A stretch of DNA of 64,000 nucleotides from Candidatus Heimdallarchaeota archaeon. GTDB taxonomy: Archaea; Asgardarchaeota; Heimdallarchaeia; JABLTI01. A model generated the notes under the pieces. The model was not told the origin of the DNA. It saw only the letters and a program-made list of their open reading frames with translations, and searched no databases. The stretch's first letter is position 1; each line of letters starts with the position of its first letter. Of the stretch, positions 29,666 through 39,418 are shown piece after piece. Location: assembly GCA_018238155.1 (NCBI GenBank), contig JABCTZ010000025.1:1-64000 (forward strand), read 5' to 3'. The position numbers and the translations under genes were made by a program.

Positions 29666-31570
29666 ATGAAAAAATTGGTGAGAAAAATGAAGAGATATAA
29701 ATTAAAGCAACTTATTGGGATATCAATATTGATCTTATTTACTGTTAATTCTTGTTTTCTTAATACTTCAAAAGTAGATGCAATTGAACCGTATTTTACT
29801 TTAGTATTCAAAACAAATGGTGGAGGAGTGAGACCAGATTATGGAAGCTTCATTAAACAACATCTTGCAAGAATTGGTATAGGAGTTGAGGTCATTATAC
29901 AAGATTGGTCAACTTTTGTTGGTGAATTGATCGCTTATCGAGATTTCGATATTTGTTATGTCGCTCTCTCTGGTGGCAGTGCAGATCCAGATTTCACTGG
30001 TATCTACAATGAAAATGGTTCTCTAAACTTGTTCGGTTACCATACCGATATGGATTACAATGAAACCCTCGGTACAGGTTTGAACGAATGGTACATGAAG
30101 CAAGGCAATTTAATTATGCCTCCTGATAGTACTGAAAGAGTTACACATTACTGGAACTGGGAACAATATTTAATGGATAAAATCCTCCCATGTCAGCCAA
30201 CATTCGTACCAAAAACCTATGAAGCTTTCTGGTCCACATTAGATGGATACGATATAGAAGATGGCATAAAACAATCATGGGGTAAAATGAGCTTCTCGGG
30301 TCTTCATGCTGGACAAATTACAACCACAGAAATAGTTACAACAAATGCAGCCTGGTCAGATCTTAACCCAATTTTCCAAACAGATTTAGGATCAAGTGAA
30401 ATCATTTCAGCAACAATGGATGATCTAGTTTATTATGACGCTGATTTAAACGTACATCCACACTTAGCAAAAAACTTTACATTCCTCAATGACACAACAA
30501 TTGAAATTGAGATTCGTACAGGAATCAAATGGCAAAACGACCCGGATGGATTATTCTTAGATGAATACTTTGATGCTGAAGATGTTTACTTTACATTACA
30601 TACAAGAGCAACCGTTTCTAATGATGTAACCAATTACAATTGGATCAAGAAATTGGAACTTGTTGATTCAACACACATGAAAATTTATATTGATGGTGAC
30701 CCGAACACTCCAAAAAATGATGTTTTCGCACCGGTAATTACATATTTGGCAGATACTATTCACCCAGAGCATTACTTGAATCAAAGTCAATTGCCCGATG
30801 GAATTACTCCGGACATCACACATCCATCATGGGCTACTTTTGCAACTAACTGTTTTGGAACAGGTTTATTTGAGCTTGGTACCTTCACAGAAGGAGTTGA
30901 AACCGAATTAGATATTTTCAGCGATTGTTGGATGTTAGACCCCACAGTGGACAAAACTGACATGGATTTTGTAAACAGATTTGGTGACTTCACAGGTGGA
31001 TTAGACTCTTGGAGAATCAGAATTATCCCAGATCCATTAACCGCTATATTAGAATTCGAACAAGGCAAAATTGATCTCGTAGGTATCACACAATACCCAG
31101 TAAGACGCGAAGAGATGATTGCTGATCCAGACTTCGAAGTTCAAAATGACATCAAATTTAATTTAGGTTTCTATGGGTACAACATGAGACCCATCAGACC
31201 AGATATTGGTAACCCTAATCCGGCACCAGGTGATCCAACAATAACTGTTGGTTTAGCAGTCAGAAAAGCTATCTCTTATGCTCTTGACAGAGTTGAAATC
31301 AATAACGTTATTCATAAAGATGAATACACAATCACAGATCACCCAATCTACTTAAAGCTTGGAATTTGGTGTAATCCAAACATTATTCGATACAACCATG
31401 ATCTCGACTTAGCAAAAGAATTCATGGTCATTGCAGGATATGGACACACACCAACTCCAACCCCCACAACAATAGAATCAACTCCCACAGTAGAAATAAA
31501 TTGGTTCTATATCTTAAGCGGAATTTTTAGTTTGCTTGGAATTATTATTATTATTAGAAAGAAAAAATAA
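29666..31570 (+). CDS. Family-5 solute-binding protein paralog 2, circularly permuted
   Basis: Same motif order; Thr/Pro linker and TM-RKKK tail. Confidence 0.85.
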   Translation: MKKLVRKMKRYKLKQLIGISILILFTVNSCFLNTSKVDAIEPYFTLVFKTNGGGVRPDYGSFIKQHLARIGIGVEVIIQDWSTFVGELIAYRDFDICYVALSGGSADPDFTGIYNENGSLNLFGYHTDMDYNETLGTGLNEWYMKQGNLIMPPDSTERVTHYWNWEQYLMDKILPCQPTFVPKTYEAFWSTLDGYDIEDGIKQSWGKMSFSGLHAGQITTTEIVTTNAAWSDLNPIFQTDLGSSEIISATMDDLVYYDADLNVHPHLAKNFTFLNDTTIEIEIRTGIKWQNDPDGLFLDEYFDAEDVYFTLHTRATVSNDVTNYNWIKKLELVDSTHMKIYIDGDPNTPKNDVFAPVITYLADTIHPEHYLNQSQLPDGITPDITHPSWATFATNCFGTGLFELGTFTEGVETELDIFSDCWMLDPTVDKTDMDFVNRFGDFTGGLDSWRIRIIPDPLTAILEFEQGKIDLVGITQYPVRREEMIADPDFEVQNDIKFNLGFYGYNMRPIRPDIGNPNPAPGDPTITVGLAVRKAISYALDRVEINNVIHKDEYTITDHPIYLKLGIWCNPNIIRYNHDLDLAKEFMVIAGYGHTPTPTPTTIESTPTVEINWFYILSGIFSLLGIIIIIRKKK

Positions 31571-31667
31571 TTTTTCGTTAAATGGGTTTCAAAAACCCTT
31601 TTATTCTTTTTTCCCTTTAATATATCTTAGTGCAATATTCTTCTAATCAAAGACAATCATTATTGAA

Positions 31668-33533
31668 GTGAAAAAAATGGAGAGAAAAAGATCAAAACAG
31701 CTTATTGGATTATCAATAGTAATTTTATTTGCTACTAGCTCATGTTTTCTTTTTGTTTCAGAGGTTGATGCAAAAGAACCGTATTTTACTTTGGTGTTCA
31801 AAGTAAGCGGAGGAGGAGTTAGAGCCGACTATGGTAACTTACTCAAACAACAGCTTGCAAGAATAGGAATAGGTGTTGATGTTATTGTACAGGATTGGCC
31901 GACTTTTGTTGGTGAATTGATTGCTTACCATAATTATGACATTGTGTATATTGTATTAACAGGTGGAGGATATGATCCTGATTTCACAGGTGTTTACAAT
32001 GAAAATGGTTCACTGAATTTATTTGGGTATCACACAAGTATGGATTATAACGAAACCTTAGGTACAGGATTAAATGAATGGTATATGAAAGAAGGAACAA
32101 AAATACTTCCTGCTGATTCTCAAGAGAGAGTAGAACATTATTGGGCATGGCAACAACATTTGATGGATAATCTTTTACCATGTTTACCTACTTTTTCTTC
32201 GAAATCATATAGTGCTAATTGGGCAAATTTACAAGGATATAATTATACTGAAGGTCTTTTACAATCGTGGGGAAAAATGTCTTGGGATGGAACTCACACA
32301 GGACAAGAAAATACAAGTGAAATAGTAATTGCTGATGCAGCATGGTCGGATTTAAGTCCATTTTTCCAAGATGATACTTCATCCTCATTCATAAGTTCAG
32401 CAATTATGGATTCATTAATTCATTATGATTCAGATTTATCAGTTTGGTCAAATTTAGCAACTAGTTGGACACACATTTCTGACACACAAGTTAGAGTTAG
32501 TCTACGAGAAGGTGTTAAGTGGCAAAATGATCCTGATGGAAATTTTACCAATGAATATTTTGATGCACGAGATGTCTATTTTAGTTATGATGTTTGGTCA
32601 ACGTATAATTGGGATAGCAATAAATGGTTAGATCATATGGAAATAGTTGATGATTATACCATAGATTTCTTCATTGATGGTGATAGTGATGAACCCGGAG
32701 CTCAACCTTCAACTTTATATCTGCCATCGTTTTCTGAGCTAATTTTGCCCGAACACTATCTTAATCAAACGCAATTGAGTAATGGAGTTACACCAGATAT
32801 TTCTCATCCATCTTGGAATATCTTTGCTACAGAAGCATTTGGCACAGGATTGTTTTCATTAACTCACTTTGAAGAAGGCGAAGAAACTATTCTTACTGTT
32901 AATCCTGATTGTTGGAGATTAAATACTTCGATAACAAGTGATCCAAATTTGAACTGGGAAGATCGTTTTGGCGATTTTTCTGGTGGTGTAAATCAATTGA
33001 GAATCAGAATTATTCCAAGTTCTCAAGAGTCTATTGCCGAATTAATAGCTGGTCGAGTTGATATTGAAGGAGTAACAATGGATAAAGATACACGAAATGA
33101 ATTAATCTTAAATCCCGATTTTAAAGTGCAAACTGTTATAAGCTCTTATTTTGCTTTTTTTGGTTACAATATGCGTCCTGCACGAGAGTATATTGGTAAT
33201 TCCAATCCAGCTCCAAATGACTCTTCATTATCAATTGGTTTAGCCATTAGAAAAGCAATAAGCTATGCTGTTAACCTTGAAGAAATGAATGAAATTATTC
33301 ACGAAGGAGAATATACTATTACTTATCATCCAATATATACTAAAATGGGTATTTGGTGCAATCCAAATATAATAAAGTATAAGCATGATTTAACTCAAGC
33401 AACAGAATATATGGTTATTGCTGGTTTTGGATCTGCACAAGGGGAAACAACAGCAACAGGAATAAATTGGTTCTACTCCCTTAGTGGTTTATTCTGTTTA
33501 TTAGGGATACTAATAATTTTCAGAAGGTCATGA
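31668..33533 (+). CDS. Family-5 solute-binding protein paralog 3, circularly permuted
   Basis: Same motif order (LATSWT...LREGVKWQN; FGTGLF; IRKAISYAVN). Confidence 0.85.
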   Translation: MKKMERKRSKQLIGLSIVILFATSSCFLFVSEVDAKEPYFTLVFKVSGGGVRADYGNLLKQQLARIGIGVDVIVQDWPTFVGELIAYHNYDIVYIVLTGGGYDPDFTGVYNENGSLNLFGYHTSMDYNETLGTGLNEWYMKEGTKILPADSQERVEHYWAWQQHLMDNLLPCLPTFSSKSYSANWANLQGYNYTEGLLQSWGKMSWDGTHTGQENTSEIVIADAAWSDLSPFFQDDTSSSFISSAIMDSLIHYDSDLSVWSNLATSWTHISDTQVRVSLREGVKWQNDPDGNFTNEYFDARDVYFSYDVWSTYNWDSNKWLDHMEIVDDYTIDFFIDGDSDEPGAQPSTLYLPSFSELILPEHYLNQTQLSNGVTPDISHPSWNIFATEAFGTGLFSLTHFEEGEETILTVNPDCWRLNTSITSDPNLNWEDRFGDFSGGVNQLRIRIIPSSQESIAELIAGRVDIEGVTMDKDTRNELILNPDFKVQTVISSYFAFFGYNMRPAREYIGNSNPAPNDSSLSIGLAIRKAISYAVNLEEMNEIIHEGEYTITYHPIYTKMGIWCNPNIIKYKHDLTQATEYMVIAGFGSAQGETTATGINWFYSLSGLFCLLGILIIFRRS

Positions 33534-33702
33534 AGATTTCACATCTAACGGGTTTCTAACAACCGTTCCTTTTTTTATGGACAAATAGGATATTGTATTA
33601 TTTGTTTCATATTTCTTCTTTTATTTGCTATTTTGTGCTAAAATAATATTTATATTACAAAAAAAACGATTAGGCTTATTGAGTTAAATTGAGGAATTAA
33701 TT

Positions 33703-36195
33703 TTGAGAAACTTTAGAGTAAAAATAATAGAAATGGTAAGTATTGCATTGTTGATGCTTCTCGTAGTATCTGCTACGAGTTTTAAAGCATTAGGTTATTT
33801 AGGAAATAATCAATCTGCTTTTTCAATTAAAACAACCGGAAATGTTGTTGATGATTTTACTACAGATCTCTTCCGAGATGCATCTTCAGACGTTTTTGGT
33901 TGGGGAAGTGGAACATTAACAAATGAGCGAGACTTTTCTGTTACAGTTCTCGATTTCTATGACACAAAATATCCTGTAAGGGGTCTCGACGTGCAAGGAA
34001 GAAAAGCCTATGTTGTTCAATACAATAAATCTAGTTCTACAGATTCTGTAGGTTGTTTTAGTATTAATGATCCCACTGATATCCAATTATTAAGTACTAG
34101 AAATTCTTTATCTAAGTTGATGTCAATTGCTGTTGATGGAGATGTAATCTACGCAGGTAGAAGCCACGTAAATCAAATATTTAACACCTATAATGTAACA
34201 GATCCATTTAATTTAGGTGGAAGTAGTGCCTATTTAGACTTTGTAAATGGTATTGGTAATGTTACAGATATTGAACCTGATGGTCATTTTGTATATTATG
34301 TTCAATATGGAGACTCTATTGGTAAATCATTCCGCATAGTTGATGCAGCAGATCCAGACAATCTAATTGAGTATATACCAAATTGGAGTTCTGATAAAGC
34401 ATTGGGTTTAGACATTGTTGATCATCTAGCATTTATAGCTGCAAGTGATGATGGTTTCTATATCCTAAATAAGACGGACAAATATACTCCCATAGAACTG
34501 GACCATGTTAATCTTCAGGGCAACTGTACGGATGTTCTTGTTGAAGATAATATTGCTTATGTAACCCTAGGTATTGAAGGTATTGCTGTTCTTGATGTCT
34601 CAGATCCAACAAATGCCATTGTTATTGGCACAGTTAGTACTGGTGATTCTCTAACAAAGATGGCCTTACAAGGTAATACACTCTATGCAACTGCTGGTCT
34701 TGGTGGAGTAAAAGTTTTTGATGTTGCTGATCCAACGCATATCACTCTTGTGACAGGTATATCTATGCCATTTGCTTGGGACATTGACCTATATGGTGGT
34801 GTTGTAGTTGTAGGTTCAGAAGAAGGCATCCACACTTTCCAAATTGGAGAAGTAGATGATTTCTCTACAAGTTACTATGAAAATACTTTCGACGACCTAG
34901 AAGTTTGGGATGTTCGAGTAATTGGCGACATAGCATACATCGCTGGTGGTCCAGATGGTTTCTATACATTGAACGTTAGAGATCCAAATAATCCTATTCT
35001 CCTTGATCATATTGATACCGTTGATTCATTTCCTTTGAATAAAATCGATGTTGGAGGGCAATTCGCTTACTTAGTTGGTCCATGGAATTGCACTTCAATT
35101 GATATTCGTGATCCAACCAATTTAAAGATAATAGCTGATGGTTCAGGAAACTCTCTTGGAGATGTTTTTGTAAATGGAGAAATAATTTACATTTCATGGG
35201 AACAAGGTGGATACGCATGTCTTAATGTAACGTTTCCAAAGAACTTTCTAATCACACCTGCTTATGAATTAGATGAACCACACTTTGGAAGTAATATAAC
35301 ATCTCTCTGGGTTCAAGATTACAAAGTATATTCTGCCAATTATATTGGAGGTGGTGGTGGTGGATTATTCATAAATGATCAAAGAAATTTGAATAGTCAT
35401 CAGTTAATAAGTACATATATACATAGTGCTTACAATCTCGATCTAAAAGTTGATGGAGATCTCGCTTTTCTAGCAGATACCACTTGGTGTGTGGCAATCA
35501 ACGTGACTAATCCTAGCAACCCAACATTCATACAAGATCTTAGAGATAATGCAAATGCTTTGATAAAATCAAATTGTATTTGGAATTTTGGTCCTTATGT
35601 AATTACAGCTGGTCCAGATGGAGTATACCTTATTGAGACATCAGATTTTACTTCTCCTTTGGTTTCAACACAATATAATTATACTGCTGGTGCATTAGCA
35701 GTTACTTCTGCCGGTGATTTCACATATGTTGCAAACAAATCGAATTTAATTATCTTAAGACATTTCAAGAGCGCTGCAGACACTTATTTTGATACCAATA
35801 ATCTTGCTCAATCGAAATCAATATTCTCTATGACAAATAGTTCAATAAGTGCTGCGACTTTACTCGTTGATCTCTACAATCCATGTACTGATCCAACAGC
35901 CTTATCATTTGAGATGACAGCTGATGGAGTAAATTGGGAAACAGTTACACCAAACACCTTGCACAACTTTGACAACACAGGCTCGGATTTGCGTTGGCGT
36001 GCTGTCTTCAATGGTGCAACTGATAGAAGCCCTCACCTTTATCTAGTTGAAATCTCTTTTGAGTATAAGACTTCATTCCCTCTTAGTCTACTTTGGATTG
36101 GTATTATTGCTGGTGGTTGTCTACTATTAATCATCATAATCATTGTAGCTGTAGTAGCAATTTCGAAAAGTAAAAAGAAATCATCAACCAGATAA
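33703..36195 (+). CDS. LVIVD-repeat (beta-propeller) surface protein with C-terminal TM
   Basis: Repeated GIAVLDVSDPTN / GVKVFDVADPT units; signal peptide; TM + KSKKKSSTR. Confidence 0.85.
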   Translation: MRNFRVKIIEMVSIALLMLLVVSATSFKALGYLGNNQSAFSIKTTGNVVDDFTTDLFRDASSDVFGWGSGTLTNERDFSVTVLDFYDTKYPVRGLDVQGRKAYVVQYNKSSSTDSVGCFSINDPTDIQLLSTRNSLSKLMSIAVDGDVIYAGRSHVNQIFNTYNVTDPFNLGGSSAYLDFVNGIGNVTDIEPDGHFVYYVQYGDSIGKSFRIVDAADPDNLIEYIPNWSSDKALGLDIVDHLAFIAASDDGFYILNKTDKYTPIELDHVNLQGNCTDVLVEDNIAYVTLGIEGIAVLDVSDPTNAIVIGTVSTGDSLTKMALQGNTLYATAGLGGVKVFDVADPTHITLVTGISMPFAWDIDLYGGVVVVGSEEGIHTFQIGEVDDFSTSYYENTFDDLEVWDVRVIGDIAYIAGGPDGFYTLNVRDPNNPILLDHIDTVDSFPLNKIDVGGQFAYLVGPWNCTSIDIRDPTNLKIIADGSGNSLGDVFVNGEIIYISWEQGGYACLNVTFPKNFLITPAYELDEPHFGSNITSLWVQDYKVYSANYIGGGGGGLFINDQRNLNSHQLISTYIHSAYNLDLKVDGDLAFLADTTWCVAINVTNPSNPTFIQDLRDNANALIKSNCIWNFGPYVITAGPDGVYLIETSDFTSPLVSTQYNYTAGALAVTSAGDFTYVANKSNLIILRHFKSAADTYFDTNNLAQSKSIFSMTNSSISAATLLVDLYNPCTDPTALSFEMTADGVNWETVTPNTLHNFDNTGSDLRWRAVFNGATDRSPHLYLVEISFEYKTSFPLSLLWIGIIAGGCLLLIIIIIVAVVAISKSKKKSSTR

Positions 36196-36319
36196 ATCAA
36201 ACTTGGGACGAACATTTATTCGTCTCACATTTCTTCTTTTTCTTTCTCTTTGTGCTAAAAAAATATTTATATAAGTAAAAAAAGAATTTATTTTTATAGG
36301 TTATTTTGAGGGTTAAATA

Positions 36320-38833
36320 TTGAATAAAATTAAGATAAAAATAACAGAGATTGTAAGTATATTTTTGTTGATGTTTCTTGTAACCTCTTCTACTTGTTAT
36401 CAAGTATCAAGTTATTTGGAAAATAATCAAACACCTTATACAATTAAAACAACCGGAAATGTTGTTGATGATTTTACAACAGATCTCTTCCGAGATGCTG
36501 CTTCAAACGTTTTTGGCTGGAAAAGTGGAACATTGACAAATGAAAGGAATTTCACTTGGGCAATTACTGATTTCTATCCAACTGATAATGAGATAAGAGA
36601 TTTGGTGGTTCAAGGAAGAAAAATTTATGCTACAGGTTATAATGACACCACCTCATTAAAGTCTGTTTTAGCTTTTGATATTAATGATCCTTTAAATATC
36701 AAGCTATTGAGCACAAGAACTTCAATGTCTGGTTTACAAGTAGCAGCTATTGATGGAGACATTTTTTATGGTGGCAAAATTCCTTCATCTATAACACCAA
36801 TTAGTGCTCTTGGTGTTTATAATGTCAGCAATCCCTACGATTTAAATGGACTTGGTGTGTATCTTGACGGAGTTTTTCCAGACGGACTTGTAACTGATAT
36901 TGCTTTTCAAGGTCACTTGGTCTATTATACATCCTTTAATGATACTATTAATAGATCATTCAGACTGGTTGATGTCAAAGATCCATATAGTCTTATTGCA
37001 ATCACACCAGAGTGGGTGAATAATAAAGCACTAGGTTTAGAAGTTGACCGTCATTTTGCTTATATTGCAGCAAGTGATGATGGATTCTATATTTTGAACG
37101 TTTCAAATAAAAACTTCCCCGTAGAGGTAGGTCATCTATCACTTTCAGGAAATGCTACTGATGTTCTATTAGATGGTACTGTTGCATATGTTACTTTGGG
37201 AGATGATGGTATAGCATCAGTTGATATCTCTGACCCTACAAATCCACAATTATTGGGAATAAACCAAATAGGTGGCTATTCTAGACATATGGCTTTACAA
37301 GGAAATACTTTATTTGTTTCAGGTGGTGCTGCTGGATTACGAGTCTTTGATGTTGTAGATCCTACACATATTAGCTTAGTACTTGAAGTTCCATTTCCAT
37401 TTGTTTGGGATGTTGAATTATTTGGCGATAAGGTTGTAATTGGAACAAGTGATGGGATACACATTCTTAGCATTGCAGCAGTTGGCGGTGGATTTACTGA
37501 TCTATCAAATACTGAAACAGTAAGCTTTGATACTGGTTATGATGTATTAGATGTTGAAGTTAAAGGCAACATAGCTTTCATTGCAGGTGGGTTAGATGGT
37601 TTATTCACTGTTGATGTGTGTGACCCTATGAATCCAGTTGTTTTGGATCGTTGGAATGCGACAGGTGCAAACTTCCGAAAATTAAATATTAATGGTCAAT
37701 TTGCTCATTGTGTTGACTATTTAGGTGCAGAATATATCTTTGATATTACAGATCCAAATAATATAGAGTTTGTTAGAATTATTACAGGAGTGTTAATGAC
37801 AGATGTTATGAGTATTGGAGGATTATCATTCCTATCTTTAAGAGATATGATTGCTATAGTTAATAATACGCTTCCCGCAGAAGCATTTTCTGTCGTAGAT
37901 ACTTATTCGATAGGTACAAATATCACTTGCATTTACGTCGTTGGTCGTTTACTCTTTATTGCAGAATATTTGAATGGCGCTTCTGGTTCTGGCTGGCATG
38001 TTTTTGATATACGAGATCCATGGAACATAAAACATATCTTTACAAAATCAGGAGTGACATCTTGGCATAATGAATTGGTTGTTGAAGGTGATATATTATA
38101 TACCGCAAATGGGCGATGGTTACATCTTTGGAATATCTCTGATCTAACAAGTGTTAGCTTGATTGATTATATCAATTATGGAGTAGGTAATATCGTAGTT
38201 TCAGACATCCAACCTTTTGGTACTAACATATACTTAGCAAAGAAGTCCTTTGGTGTAAACGTTGTTAACGCTACTGATGTTGCTAATCTCATTGAAGGGT
38301 CAACTTATGCTCCTGCAACTGGAGCGTTGAGTTTAGCTATTTCTGGGGACTTTTTGTATATTGCAAATAAGACCTCTCTCATTATTCAACGATTTTTCGA
38401 GAGTGCAGCAGATACCTATGTTAATACCAATAATCTTGCTCAATCGAAATCAATGTTCACCATGCCCAACGGTTCAATAAGTGCTGCAACTTTAAACATT
38501 GATCACTACAATCCAAGCAAAGATCCAACATCACTAACCTTTGAGATGACAGCTGACGGAGTAAATTGGGAAACAGTTACACCAAATACCTTGCACACCT
38601 TCACTAATACCGGAACAGATTTACGTTGGCGTGCTATTTTCAATGGTGCAGAAGATAGAAGCCCTCATCTTTATCAAGTTGAAATCACTTTTGAATTTGA
38701 GTATAAGACTTCATTCCCTCTTAGCCTACTTTGGATTGGTATTATTGCAGGTGGTGGTCTGGTGTTGATCATCATAATCATTGTAGCTGTAGTAGCAATT
38801 TCGAAAAGTAAAAAGAAATCATCAACCAGATAA
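36320..38833 (+). CDS. LVIVD-repeat surface protein paralog
   Basis: Same architecture; N- and C-terminal segments nearly identical to 33703..36195. Confidence 0.85.
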   Translation: MNKIKIKITEIVSIFLLMFLVTSSTCYQVSSYLENNQTPYTIKTTGNVVDDFTTDLFRDAASNVFGWKSGTLTNERNFTWAITDFYPTDNEIRDLVVQGRKIYATGYNDTTSLKSVLAFDINDPLNIKLLSTRTSMSGLQVAAIDGDIFYGGKIPSSITPISALGVYNVSNPYDLNGLGVYLDGVFPDGLVTDIAFQGHLVYYTSFNDTINRSFRLVDVKDPYSLIAITPEWVNNKALGLEVDRHFAYIAASDDGFYILNVSNKNFPVEVGHLSLSGNATDVLLDGTVAYVTLGDDGIASVDISDPTNPQLLGINQIGGYSRHMALQGNTLFVSGGAAGLRVFDVVDPTHISLVLEVPFPFVWDVELFGDKVVIGTSDGIHILSIAAVGGGFTDLSNTETVSFDTGYDVLDVEVKGNIAFIAGGLDGLFTVDVCDPMNPVVLDRWNATGANFRKLNINGQFAHCVDYLGAEYIFDITDPNNIEFVRIITGVLMTDVMSIGGLSFLSLRDMIAIVNNTLPAEAFSVVDTYSIGTNITCIYVVGRLLFIAEYLNGASGSGWHVFDIRDPWNIKHIFTKSGVTSWHNELVVEGDILYTANGRWLHLWNISDLTSVSLIDYINYGVGNIVVSDIQPFGTNIYLAKKSFGVNVVNATDVANLIEGSTYAPATGALSLAISGDFLYIANKTSLIIQRFFESAADTYVNTNNLAQSKSMFTMPNGSISAATLNIDHYNPSKDPTSLTFEMTADGVNWETVTPNTLHTFTNTGTDLRWRAIFNGAEDRSPHLYQVEITFEFEYKTSFPLSLLWIGIIAGGGLVLIIIIIVAVVAISKSKKKSSTR

Positions 38834-39113
38834 ATCAAACTTGGGACGACTATTTATTCGTCTCTCATTTCTTCTTTTTTATTCTCAGCTGATTTTCAGA
38901 AAGTTAAAATCAGTAATTATTATTGATACAAGATTACATTCCAATCTAAATTTTCTAGGAGTTTCTAATGTAGTAAGTCTGGAATGTATTCATCTATTAC
39001 TTGTCTTTTTCTTTCAAATTCTGTAAGCTCACTTTTTCTCTTTCTTTTTGCTTGAACTTGATTTCTATGTCTTAAATGAGTGATTTCTCTACATTTCCTA
39101 ATTTTCTCAGCAC

Positions 39114-39332
39114 TTGAAAGTCATTGTTGTTGATTGTAGAGGACAAGGCAAAACTAATAATCCTAAAGATAAATTCCAATATCTCAATATGACAAAAGAT
39201 TTTGTTATACTAAGTGGTAATCTGGGATTAGAGAATCAATTGATAATTGGTTTAAGTGGTTGTGCTCAAATTGCTTCTATAAATAGCAATAAATTAGCCA
39301 AATTTACTACAAGCAATCAATATCATTACTAA
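39114..39332 (+). pseudogene. Alpha/beta-hydrolase fragment
   Basis: VIVVDCRGQGKT and IIGLSGCAQIA resemble the DxRGxGxS and GxSxG motifs; both ends are missing. Confidence 0.6.
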
Positions 39333-39387
39333 TTTTAAAGACAAAGTAAAAAAACAGAACATAATTTATACTAAAAGGAAAGAAAAT

Positions 39388-39405
39388 CTGTGGAGAAGTC
39401 CACAG
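39388..39405 (-). terminator. Hairpin downstream of pmbA
   Basis: CTGTGGA-gaag-TCCACAG followed by a T-rich run on the minus strand. Confidence 0.45.
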
Positions 39406-39418
39406 TATTACTCTTTTT

